A stretch of DNA of 10,680 bases from Alkaliphilus sp. (GTDB lineage Bacteria; Bacillota; Clostridia; Peptostreptococcales; Thermotaleaceae): the NCBI GenBank assembly GCA_018335765.1, contig JAGXRU010000176.1, forward strand, positions 1 to 10,680, written 5' to 3'. Positions 1-6,726 of this stretch are shown piece after piece. Position numbers and translations under genes: made by a program. Numbering within the stretch: position 1 is the stretch's first letter; each line of letters begins with the position of its first letter. The notes below the pieces were generated by a model. It was given only the letters and a program-made list of their open reading frames with translations. It was not told the origin of the DNA and did no database searches.

Positions 1-1
1 A

Positions 2-601
2 AGGCTTTATGAGATGTTTATAGGGGATTTTGAAAAGAGTGTTCCTTGGTCTCAAAATGGAATAAAGGGCTGTCGAAGATTTTTAGATAGAATTTGGAAA
101 TTGAAAGATGCCGTTCAGGCTGGAGATGAATTTTCGAAGGACTTAGAAATAGCTATACATAAGACTATAAAAAAAGTCAGTGAAGATATGGAGGCCTTGA
201 AGTTTAATACAGCCATAGCGGCTCTCATGAGCCTCTTGAATGAGTATCAGAGCAAAGGTTCCATCACAAGCGGAGAATTCAAAATATTTTTAATGATATT
301 AAACCCAATAGCACCTCATATAACTGAAGAGCTTTGGTCTGATATGAATTACGGTGAAATGATTACAGAGCAGACATGGCCGCAGTGGGATGAGGAAAAA
401 ACCAAGGATGAGGAAATAGAAATAGTTATACAGATTAATGGGAAGATAAAGGACAAGATAATCATTCCGACAGGATCATCACAAGAATTTGTAAGAGAAA
501 AGTTCTTGAAAGATCAAAAAATTACTGAACTATTAAGCGGTAAGCAAATAGTAAAAGAAATCTATGTACCGGAAAGAATATATAATATCGTAGTAAGATA
601 A
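2..601 (+). CDS. leuS: Leucyl-tRNA synthetase, C-terminal fragment; gene starts upstream of the window
   Basis: The frame is open from position 2 (the ORF track starts at an internal Met at 14). The translation RLYEMFIGDFEKSVPWSQNGIKGCRRFLDRIWKL matches the conserved LeuRS C-terminal region (..LRLYEMFMGPLE..KPW..G..G..RFL.R.W..). It continues to a TAA at 599-601 with the typical LeuRS C-terminal anticodon-binding tail. Confidence 0.85.
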   Translation, partial: RLYEMFIGDFEKSVPWSQNGIKGCRRFLDRIWKLKDAVQAGDEFSKDLEIAIHKTIKKVSEDMEALKFNTAIAALMSLLNEYQSKGSITSGEFKIFLMILNPIAPHITEELWSDMNYGEMITEQTWPQWDEEKTKDEEIEIVIQINGKIKDKIIIPTGSSQEFVREKFLKDQKITELLSGKQIVKEIYVPERIYNIVVR

Positions 602-627
602 AGAAAACTTAGTAACGCCGCTGAGAT

Positions 628-660
628 AAACATTGAAACCTTCTAATTTAATGTTGTTTT
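628..660 (+). terminator. Candidate rho-independent terminator after leuS (AT-rich hairpin plus T-run)
   Basis: AAACATTGAAA(628-638) / loop CCTTCTAA / TTTAATGTT(647-655), followed by GTTTT(656-660). It lies 27 nt after the leuS stop. The stem is weak (AT-rich, one bulge). Confidence 0.3.
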
Positions 661-730
661 CAAATTAAAAAACATAATGACTACCCTTTAGATATATATT
701 TTAATAGCAGAAAAAAAGGGGAGATCACTT

Positions 731-1654
731 ATGTTTTTTATTTTATTGATCATAAGCTTTATAATAATCATCAAGGCAGCGAATTTATTAATTGATGCCG
801 CCATAGATTTAGCCGGTTATCTGGGAATTTCGCAGTTTGTTATAGGGCTGACGGTGGTCGCTTTCGGAACAAGTGCACCCGAAGCGGCTGTAAACATTAT
901 AGCATCGCTGCAGAATAAAAGTGACATTGCACTAGGTAACATAGTGGGTAGTAATATTTTAAACATTGGGCTTGTCATAGGAATAACTGCTTTGATTTTC
1001 ACCATGAAGACGGAGTGGACTGCTATTAGGATAGATATTCCTTTTGCTTTTGTAAGCAGTTTGGTTTTTGGTCTTCTTGTTCTGGATGGATTATCTAAGA
1101 ATGACGGAATAATCTTAGCTTTATTCTTTTTTATTTACTTAAACTACTTATGGATAACAGGCAAATCCAGTTATTTGAAAAACGAAAACCTCGTTGATAA
1201 GGACAAAAAAATTTCAAAAGTTATTGTTATGCTCTTTTCGGGAATGGTGGGGGTGGTCCTTGGAGGACAATTGATAGTTCATTCCAGTGTGAATATCGCA
1301 ACAAGCTTGGGCTACAGTGAGGCTTTTATTGGACTGACCATTGTGTCCTTGGGTACATCATTGCCGGAATTGATTACTTGTGTTACTGCCTGCTACAAAA
1401 AAAGTGATAGTATAGCAGTTGGGAATATGGTAGGGAGTAATATTTTCAACATACTTTTTGTATTATCCTTATCTTCTGTGATTTCGCCTATTGCCTTTAA
1501 TAATAAGTTTGTTTTTGATTTAGCTTATATGGTCTTTATAACCTTTATGCTATTTGTATTCTCATATACGCAGAAAAGAATCAGTAGATTTGAAGGGTTT
1601 TGCTTATCTGTATTTTACACGATATATTTTATGATAATATTTATTCGAAGTTAG
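731..1654 (+). CDS. Ca2+/Na+ antiporter, CaCA (YrbG/NCKX-like) family inner-membrane protein
   Basis: GGGGAG RBS 8 nt upstream of the ATG. The protein is almost entirely hydrophobic. It has two internal alpha-repeat signatures: GTSAPEAAVNIIASLQNKSDIALGNIVGSNILNIGLVIG and GTSLPELITCVTACYKKSDSIAVGNMVGSNIFNILFVLS. These match the GTS(L/A)PE...G(N)xxGSNI(F/L)N motif diagnostic of Na+/Ca2+ exchangers. Confidence 0.85.
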   Translation: MFFILLIISFIIIIKAANLLIDAAIDLAGYLGISQFVIGLTVVAFGTSAPEAAVNIIASLQNKSDIALGNIVGSNILNIGLVIGITALIFTMKTEWTAIRIDIPFAFVSSLVFGLLVLDGLSKNDGIILALFFFIYLNYLWITGKSSYLKNENLVDKDKKISKVIVMLFSGMVGVVLGGQLIVHSSVNIATSLGYSEAFIGLTIVSLGTSLPELITCVTACYKKSDSIAVGNMVGSNIFNILFVLSLSSVISPIAFNNKFVFDLAYMVFITFMLFVFSYTQKRISRFEGFCLSVFYTIYFMIIFIRS

Positions 1655-1765
1655 ACAAACAAAAAATGGAAATATCAAGGGATTGAGCCTAACCATATCG
1701 TAATGGTGGCTGTTGATTCGCATAATCATTATCAAATGAGAACATTTTCTATCTTCAAAAAACTC

Positions 1766-1794
1766 TTTACATCTTGAATATAACGGAGTATACT
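1766..1794 (+). promoter_or_regulatory. Putative sigma-A promoter for the CDF transporter gene
   Basis: TTTACA(1766-1771), 17-nt spacer, TATACT(1789-1794). This sits about 50 nt upstream of the GGAG RBS. Confidence 0.35.
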
Positions 1795-1842
1795 TGAAAA
1801 ATAACCTAGATTTGAGTGTTAATTGATAATGGAGTGATGATA

Positions 1843-2721
1843 ATGGAAATGGAAACTAGATACCAAATAGGCATGAAAATATCAAAAATAACAGTGGTAA
1901 TCAATATAGTTCTTTGCATAGGCAAAATTATAGCAGGCTATATAGGGAAAAGTGGAGCAATGATGGCGGATGGGGTGCATACTCTATCGGATGTGATAAG
2001 TACCGTAGTGGTAATGCTCGGACTCAAGATGTCGAAAAAGCCTGAGGATGAGATTCATCCCTATGGTCATGAAAAAATAGAACCGGTTATCGCAAAGCTT
2101 TTAGCCGGGATACTATTTATTACAGCTCTCGGTATTGGATATAAGGGTGTAAATACAATTATAGTCGGTGATTTTACAAGACCTGGGAACATTGCAATAA
2201 TGGCCGCCTTGGCGTCAATTGGAATAAAAGAATGGATGTATTGGTATACGGTCAATGGTGCTAAAAAAATGGAGAGTTCAGCCCTTATGGCAGATGCATG
2301 GCATCATAGATCTGATGCTTTGTCTTCAGTAGGAACTTTGATAGGCATTACGGGGGCGAGGTTTGGATTTGTGATTCTTGATCCCATAGCAGCCATTGTT
2401 GTGAGTATTTTTATCATTAAAGTAGCCATTGATATTTACCTACATGCCATTAAACAACTAATAGACACATCGGCAGACAGTGAGACCATAGAGAAAATTA
2501 AAGAACAAATCATTGAAACGGAGGGAGTAATAAGCCTAGATGACTTAAAAACAAGAGTTCATGCCAACAAAATATATGTAGACATAGAAATAGGAGTAAA
2601 TTCTAAATTGTCAGTGAGGGATTCCCACGATATTGCAGATCAGGTACATGACAATGTTGAGAGGTTCTCTAAAAGGATTAAGCATTGTACTGTGCATGTC
2701 AACCCTGTGGAAAAATATTAA
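1843..2721 (+). CDS. Cation diffusion facilitator (CDF) family divalent metal efflux transporter, YdfM/CzcD-like
   Basis: Translated motifs MADGVHTLSDVISTVVVMLGLKMSKKPEDEIHPYGHEKIEP and ADAWHHRSDALSSVGTLIGI are canonical CDF signatures (TM2/TM5 metal-site His/Asp). A cytoplasmic C-terminal domain follows. Start chosen at ATG 1843 (MEMETRYQ..), 8 nt after GGAG(1831-1834). The ORF-track start at 1816 is a GTG with no RBS. ATG 1837 and 1849 are alternatives. Confidence 0.85.
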   Translation: MEMETRYQIGMKISKITVVINIVLCIGKIIAGYIGKSGAMMADGVHTLSDVISTVVVMLGLKMSKKPEDEIHPYGHEKIEPVIAKLLAGILFITALGIGYKGVNTIIVGDFTRPGNIAIMAALASIGIKEWMYWYTVNGAKKMESSALMADAWHHRSDALSSVGTLIGITGARFGFVILDPIAAIVVSIFIIKVAIDIYLHAIKQLIDTSADSETIEKIKEQIIETEGVISLDDLKTRVHANKIYVDIEIGVNSKLSVRDSHDIADQVHDNVERFSKRIKHCTVHVNPVEKY

Positions 2722-2765
2722 AAAAATTGGTTCAAGTAGCCAAGAAAGACAAATCTTCTAAGTAA

Positions 2766-2796
2766 AAAGGAGCGGACAGTAGTCCGCTCTAAATTT
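2766..2796. terminator. Bidirectional rho-independent terminator between the convergent CDF and hemolysin-III genes
   Basis: AAAAA-GGAGCGGAC(2769-2777) / loop AGTA / GTCCGCTCT(2782-2790)-AAATTT. A GC-rich 9-bp stem with an A-run on one side and a T-run on the other. It abuts the hlyIII stop (TGA on minus, 2800-2802). Confidence 0.6.
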
Positions 2797-2799
2797 GTG

Positions 2800-3480
2800 T
2801 CATTTTGCCAAATATATAAAGATTCCGAAAAAGTGGACGACGCTGGCAGCTAATACGAAGAAATGCCAAATGGCATGATTGTAGGGAATTTTCTTGATGG
2901 CATAAAAGATGGTACCTACGGTGTAGATGATACCCCCTGCTAGAAGATACATTAGAAAGCCCTTTGATACAACATCCATCATGGGTTTGATGGCTACCAC
3001 AATCAGCCAGCCCATAGAAATGTATAGTGCCAAGGAAAGAAACTTTTGCTTTTCGATTTTTTTCATGGAATATACCTTGTAAAGGATTCCTAACAGAGCA
3101 ATGGTCCAAACCGCTGTCAGAACACCAATTCTCCAATATCCGGTCATGGCTAAAAGAGCGATAGGGGTATAGGTGCCAGCTATATATAAATAAATAGCAG
3201 AGTGGTCAAAGAGTCTAAATAGTTTTTTTAACTTATCTTTTTGAAAGCTATGATAAAGAGTAGATGATAAATATAAACATATAGAACAAAATCCGTAGAT
3301 ACTAAAACCAATTATGGCAATGGTACTTCTATTCCAAATTGAATAAACCAAGAGAATGGTCAGGGTAACAATGCTAAATAGGACTCCAACCCCGTGAGTG
3401 ATGCTATTGGCGATTTCTTCGCCTAAGGAATATTTCTTGGGCGAGAGATGATTATTTGTTGAATCGGTCTTTTCACTCAT
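2800..3480 (-). CDS. Hemolysin III / PAQR family 7-TM membrane protein (YqfA-like)
   Basis: HLSPKKYSLGEEIANSITHGVG... and DHSAIYLYIAGTYTP are characteristic HlyIII/PAQR motifs, with about 7 hydrophobic segments. Start set at ATG 3478-3480 (MSEKTDS..), which has a perfect AGGAGG 5 nt upstream (plus-strand CCTCC at 3486-3490). The ORF-track start at 3525 is a GTG with no RBS. Confidence 0.85.
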   Translation of the reverse strand: MSEKTDSTNNHLSPKKYSLGEEIANSITHGVGVLFSIVTLTILLVYSIWNRSTIAIIGFSIYGFCSICLYLSSTLYHSFQKDKLKKLFRLFDHSAIYLYIAGTYTPIALLAMTGYWRIGVLTAVWTIALLGILYKVYSMKKIEKQKFLSLALYISMGWLIVVAIKPMMDVVSKGFLMYLLAGGIIYTVGTIFYAIKKIPYNHAIWHFFVLAASVVHFFGIFIYLAK

Positions 3481-3504
3481 AAAATCCTCCTTGACAAACC
3501 ATTG

Positions 3505-3532
3505 ATTATATTCATATTTTATCACAAATCAA
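3505..3532 (-). promoter_or_regulatory. Putative sigma-A promoter for the hemolysin-III gene
   Basis: Minus strand: TTGATT (rc of 3527-3532), 16-nt spacer, TATAAT (rc of 3505-3510). About 18 nt upstream of the RBS. Confidence 0.3.
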
Positions 3533-3574
3533 TGTTGAATTATACCAATGGATGCAAATAAAAAACACAATTAT

Positions 3575-4099
3575 TTACTGATTAGGTATGTTTTTTAATG
3601 CTTTATAGAGTACGCCTACAAGCATACAGGAAATAATAAGTTCCGGTAACAAATATGCTCCATTATAGGTGATTGAATAAATCCATGGACTTGTACCCTC
3701 TGGTGCATAGGAACTCCAGATAATAACTCCGGATAGGACAGATGAAACGAATCTCCCCAAAATCCCTATAAAAACCCCAATGAATATTTTCTTAAAATTG
3801 TTCTTAAATATTCCTGCTAGACCTAGTAGTCCGAAGGCTACAATATAATCCAACAGTATTGACAAGATATGAAAGGAATATTTAGGGCCTAATATGAACT
3901 GCAGTGTGCCATAAACTACCCCTGCAAGTATACCTGGACCTACCCCCCAACGGATTGCGAATAAAAGTATGGGTACCATACTTCCAGCGGTCACTGAACC
4001 TCCATAGGGAGCTTCGAAAATTTTTACATAGCTAAGAACTTGAGCTAGGGCAATCATTACTCCTGCTTCTACAATCATCTTGGTAGTTAATTTTTTCAT
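3575..4099 (-). CDS. thiT: Thiamine transporter ThiT (ECF transporter substrate-specific S component)
   Basis: N-terminus MKKLTTKMIVEAGVMIALAQVLSYVKIFEAPYGGSVTAGSMVPILLFAIRWG closely follows the ThiT consensus (..ALATVLS.IKIFE.P.GGSVTA.SM.PI...). Small 6-TM protein with a GGAGG RBS. It lies immediately downstream of a TPP riboswitch, the classic thiT arrangement. Confidence 0.8.
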   Translation of the reverse strand: MKKLTTKMIVEAGVMIALAQVLSYVKIFEAPYGGSVTAGSMVPILLFAIRWGVGPGILAGVVYGTLQFILGPKYSFHILSILLDYIVAFGLLGLAGIFKNNFKKIFIGVFIGILGRFVSSVLSGVIIWSSYAPEGTSPWIYSITYNGAYLLPELIISCMLVGVLYKALKNIPNQ

Positions 4100-4114
4100 T
4101 GTTACCTCCTCATA

Positions 4115-4147
4115 AATTTAAAAATGCTGCATGGATACATGCAGCAT
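4115..4147 (-). terminator. Riboswitch expression-platform terminator (intrinsic attenuator) between the TPP aptamer and the thiT RBS
   Basis: Minus strand: ATGCTGCATG / loop TATC / CATGCAGCAT followed by TTTTTAAATTT. A 10-bp perfect stem plus T-run, 15 nt before the thiT RBS. This indicates transcription-attenuation control. Confidence 0.55.
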
Positions 4148-4160
4148 AAGTTGAAATTAT

Positions 4161-4258
4161 TATTTCCTACGCTGGCATTATCCAGATCAGGTTTAAGGGT
4201 CGAAGTATCAATGGTAACTTCCTCTCAGCCAGATTCATCCAGCTCCCCAACTGCTATT
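4161..4258 (-). promoter_or_regulatory. TPP (thiamine pyrophosphate, THI-box) riboswitch aptamer
   Basis: Minus-strand read: ..AGTTGGGGAGCTGGATGAATCTGGCTGAGAGGAAGTTACCATTGATACTTCGACCCTTAAACCTGATCTGGATAATGCCAGCGTAGGAAATA. It contains the invariant THI-box elements GGGGAGC, GCTGAGAGG, and ACCCTT..ACCTGATCTGGATAATGCCAGCGTAGGAA. Confidence 0.85.
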
Positions 4259-4274
4259 CAATTCTATCTAATAT

Positions 4275-4303
4275 AGTTTAGCAGATAAAACTATTTTTAA
4301 CAA
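4275..4303 (-). promoter_or_regulatory. Putative promoter driving the TPP riboswitch-thiT transcript
   Basis: Minus strand: TTGTTA (rc of 4298-4303), 17-nt spacer, TAAACT (rc of 4275-4280). About 10-15 nt upstream of the aptamer 5' end. Weak -10, low confidence. Confidence 0.25.
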
Positions 4304-4395
4304 CTACTAAATATTCTTCAATTAAATTCTGTAAATTTATCTGCATCAAATACACAGAGCTTTTGAAGCACTTTTAAAGGAGACAGATTTGGAGC

Positions 4396-4425
4396 TTGGT
4401 AATCAGTTGATCAAAATGATATAAT
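4396..4425 (+). promoter_or_regulatory. Putative extended -10 promoter for the WYL-regulator operon
   Basis: TTGGTA(4396-4401), 18-nt spacer, TGaTATAAT extended -10 (4417-4425). About 35 nt upstream of the AAGGAG RBS. The -10 lies inside the inverted repeat CAAAAT-N6-ATTTTG (4412-4429). Confidence 0.35.
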
Positions 4426-4471
4426 TTTGCTAACTTACTTTATATTGAATACTTTCCCAAGGAGAAAAACT

Positions 4472-5734
4472 ATGGCAGGGTATACTGAGTTAATAAAAAA
4501 CTTCGAAAAAATAAGATCCTTTACAAGAGATTTCTTTATCTACGGTTTCAAAGGAAGAGGCGATTTTGCCGAGCTTTCCCCCCGCAGCTATGACAATGAA
4601 CGGAGAAGAATAGAAAGCTATCTTGGTGAGTTGATCCTTAAGAAGTCAGATCTTAAGGGAAAAACAATTTCTATATCTTCAAACACTACAGCCAAAACAT
4701 ACAACCCGCTTTTTAAAATCTGGCAAACAAAATCCTTTACGAAAAAGGATTGCTTTCTCCATTTTGTCATTTTAGATAATCTAAAGGAGCATAAGTGTTT
4801 GAATGTAGGAGAGATTGCAGAAATAATCAGTATAAGTTATTCTTCCCAATTAATTGATGAGTCAGTTGACACCATGACTATTCGTAATAAGCTCAATGAA
4901 TACACAAGACTAGGCATTCTTGAAGCTGAAAAATCCGGCAAAACAATTTATTATTCTTTATCTAAGAACCCCCTTGATGATATCGATCTTAAAACAAAGG
5001 AATGTCTAAAAATGGCTTTATCCTATTATAAGAATGTCCTGCCCGCAGGCTTTATCGGACATTCCATCCATAATGTACAGGATAGTCCCTTTATTTACAA
5101 GCAGATCTTTTTCTCGCAAATTTTGGATGATGAGATTTTACTTCAAGTACTTAAAGCCATAGGAAACAAACAGGTCATTACTCTAGCAATGATCAGCGCG
5201 AAAGGGAATTGGAGCAGGAAGACCACGCTTATACCTCTCAAGGTTCTAAGCAATACAAAAACTGGAAGACGCTATGTGGCAATATATAATATCAGAACCA
5301 AAAAATTCTCCACTGTAAGACTTGATTATATTAAGGATGTAGCTTTCGGGGATACTTGCCCTGACTATGATTCCATATGTACAGAATATGAGCATAGGAT
5401 GAAAAATTCATTTGCATTAGCTCATCAATCAACGGAAAGGCTGCATACTATAAAAATGCTTTTGAATATAGATGAGGACAATGAGCAGTATGTACTGGAA
5501 AGAATTCGTAGGGAAGGCAGGGGTGGAGTAGTTACAAGAGTGGATAGAAATACCTTTGAATACAGCTTGGATGTGGCTGATATCCTTGAAATGGTTCCTT
5601 GGCTCAGAACCTTTATAGGCCGAATTATTAAAATAGAAGGCAGTGAAAATCATGTTATTTTGCAATTCAAGAAAGATATTAGCACTATGATGTCAAGGTA
5701 TGGTGAGGTGTTTAATCATGGACAGCATCTATAA
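4472..5734 (+). CDS. HTH-WYL-WCX domain transcriptional regulator, long paralog (420 aa), PafB/PafC/BrxR/CapW-like
   Basis: Start at ATG 4472 (MAGYTELI..), 7 nt after AAGGAG(4459-4464). The track start at 4427 is a TTG. N-terminal wHTH-like segment (..GDFAELSPRSYDNERRRIESYLGEL.., compare ..AE.L.VS.RTIYRDI..L...G..). A second HTH-like segment sits at aa 95-160. WYL-domain signature at aa 231-290 (KQVITLAMISAKGNWSRKTTLIPLKVL...GRRYVAIYNIRTKKFSTVRLDYIKDV, consensus ..Y.s..g....R.v.P..L.....WYLvay....r..RtFRLDRI..v). C-terminal WCX-like tail (ILEMVPWLRTFIGRIIKIEGSEN, consensus ..wiLsfG..veVleP..L). Confidence 0.75.
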   Translation: MAGYTELIKNFEKIRSFTRDFFIYGFKGRGDFAELSPRSYDNERRRIESYLGELILKKSDLKGKTISISSNTTAKTYNPLFKIWQTKSFTKKDCFLHFVILDNLKEHKCLNVGEIAEIISISYSSQLIDESVDTMTIRNKLNEYTRLGILEAEKSGKTIYYSLSKNPLDDIDLKTKECLKMALSYYKNVLPAGFIGHSIHNVQDSPFIYKQIFFSQILDDEILLQVLKAIGNKQVITLAMISAKGNWSRKTTLIPLKVLSNTKTGRRYVAIYNIRTKKFSTVRLDYIKDVAFGDTCPDYDSICTEYEHRMKNSFALAHQSTERLHTIKMLLNIDEDNEQYVLERIRREGRGGVVTRVDRNTFEYSLDVADILEMVPWLRTFIGRIIKIEGSENHVILQFKKDISTMMSRYGEVFNHGQHL

Positions 5735-6692
5735 TGAGGTTTATGGATTGTATTATTTTATGCTGGAAAAGATACTTGAAAAGACTACGAATGGGAATAT
5801 AACCCTAAAAGAGATTAACCATATTGTAAATCTTTATGGCTTCTCTGAGAGCAATATCTATTTTACCCCTGATGTCATATCTCAGGGCAGTCAAGGTTAT
5901 AACCTTCTTGAAAAATCCAGCTCGGGGTATGGCTCCATACTTAAATCCAGTCCTACAAAAATCTTAACGGCTATGCAAAAAGGGTTTATAAAAAGCATTC
6001 TTGCAGATAAAAAAATCCGTCTATTTTTTGATGATGTTATGTTAAAGGAGCTAGATGGAGCACTTTCTGAAATACAGCCTCTCTTTAACATTGACGACAT
6101 CGTGTTTAAGGAAACCGCCTTAGATAGTGATCCTTACTCTGATGAGAACTATATTAGTAAGTTTAAAACAATTCTGGATTCCATAATAAATAATAAAGCC
6201 CTTAGAATTTGTTTTAATAATTCAAAGGGTGAAAGGAAAACAATGAAGTTGGCGCCCTATAAGCTAGAATACGGGATTCGTGATGATAAATTTCGTCTAT
6301 GCGGTGTTAGTATTTATGATGAAAAAGGAAAAAACTATGTAAAAATCAATATGGCAAGAATACTATCAATAACGACCCTTGATCAATCATTTAGATTTGA
6401 TTTCGATGCATTTATAGCGGCAAAGAGAAAAGCAGAGCCTATAGAGATAGAGGTGTATGATCTTCGTAATGGCTTTGAGAGAGTATTCATAGGCTTATCT
6501 AATTACGAAAGGATATCCAGCTTCCATGAAGAAACGGGGAAATGTCATATTAAAATTTATTATACAGACGATGATGAGCAAGAACTCTTAATTCAATTAC
6601 TTTCCTATGGACCTGCTATTAAAGTATTAGGCCCTCCAGACTTTAAAAGTAAATTTGTTGAGAGGATTCAAAAGCAAATAAAAATGATTTAA
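5718..6692 (+). CDS. HTH-WYL-WCX domain transcriptional regulator, short paralog (324 aa); likely heteromeric partner of the upstream gene
   Basis: Start ATG 5718 (MDSIYNEV..), 7 nt after GGTGAGGTG. It overlaps the stop of the upstream gene (5732-5734) by 17 nt in another frame, suggesting translational coupling. The track start at 5700 has no usable RBS. N-terminal HTH-like segment LYYFMLEKILEKTTNGNITLKEINHIVNLYG. WYL signature ALRICFNNSKGERKTMKLAPYKLEYGIRDDKFRLCGVSIYDEKGKNYVKINMARILSITTLDQSF. WCX-like tail ELLIQLLSYGPAIKVLGPPDFKSKFVERIQKQ. Confidence 0.75.
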   Translation: MDSIYNEVYGLYYFMLEKILEKTTNGNITLKEINHIVNLYGFSESNIYFTPDVISQGSQGYNLLEKSSSGYGSILKSSPTKILTAMQKGFIKSILADKKIRLFFDDVMLKELDGALSEIQPLFNIDDIVFKETALDSDPYSDENYISKFKTILDSIINNKALRICFNNSKGERKTMKLAPYKLEYGIRDDKFRLCGVSIYDEKGKNYVKINMARILSITTLDQSFRFDFDAFIAAKRKAEPIEIEVYDLRNGFERVFIGLSNYERISSFHEETGKCHIKIYYTDDDEQELLIQLLSYGPAIKVLGPPDFKSKFVERIQKQIKMI

Positions 6693-6723
6693 AAGGCGGT
6701 AGGCTTTACGCCTACCGCCTTTT
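6691..6723. terminator. Bidirectional rho-independent terminator between the convergent WYL operon and the LacI-family gene
   Basis: AAAA-GGCGGTAGGC(6695-6704) / loop TTTAC / GCCTACCGCC(6710-6719)-TTTT. A perfect GC-rich 10-bp stem with an A-tract on one side and a T-tract on the other. It starts in the stop codon of the + gene and ends 4 nt before the stop of the - gene. Confidence 0.7.
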
Positions 6724-6726
6724 AAA

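Noticed and set aside
817-1005. 62-aa ORF antisense to the CaCA exchanger gene. The same reasoning covers antisense ORFs 2067-2255, 2789-3136, 5429-5665, 5897-6100, 6764-7144 and 8205-8492.
   Set aside because: All lie entirely inside well-supported genes on the opposite strand. They have no RBS, odd composition and no recognisable motif. These are typical shadow ORFs.
1703-1777. 24-codon ORF (MVAVDSHNHYQMRTFSIFKKLFTS) in the CaCA-CDF intergenic region
   Set aside because: No RBS. It overlaps the predicted CDF promoter. The composition is unremarkable, so it is likely chance.
1816-1842. Upstream GTG/ATG starts for the CDF gene (track start 1816; ATG 1837)
   Set aside because: GGAG at 1831-1834 is correctly spaced only for ATG 1843. 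CDF orthologs begin at the equivalent of METRYQ.
1655-1842. Looked for a NiCo (czcD) or Mn2+ (yybP-ykoY) riboswitch in the CDF leader
   Set aside because: No conserved GGGAGAG/GCAGG-type cores or stable multi-stem structure seen. The region reads as a plain promoter plus RBS.
4362-4371. 10-mer TTTGAAGCAC shared between 4362-4371 and the window end (10671-10680)
   Set aside because: A single shared 10-mer is expected many times by chance in about 10 kb of AT-biased sequence. There is no extended similarity around it.
4427-4471. TTG start at 4427 for the long WYL gene, adding MLTYFILNTFPRRKT
   Set aside because: No SD in front of it. A strong AAGGAG lies 7 nt before ATG 4472. The extension would also start inside the putative -10.
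5700-5717. ATG 5700 (MVRCLIM..) as start of the short WYL gene
   Set aside because: Only AAGG 1 nt upstream, which gives unusable spacing. ATG 5718 has GGTGAGGTG at 7 nt.
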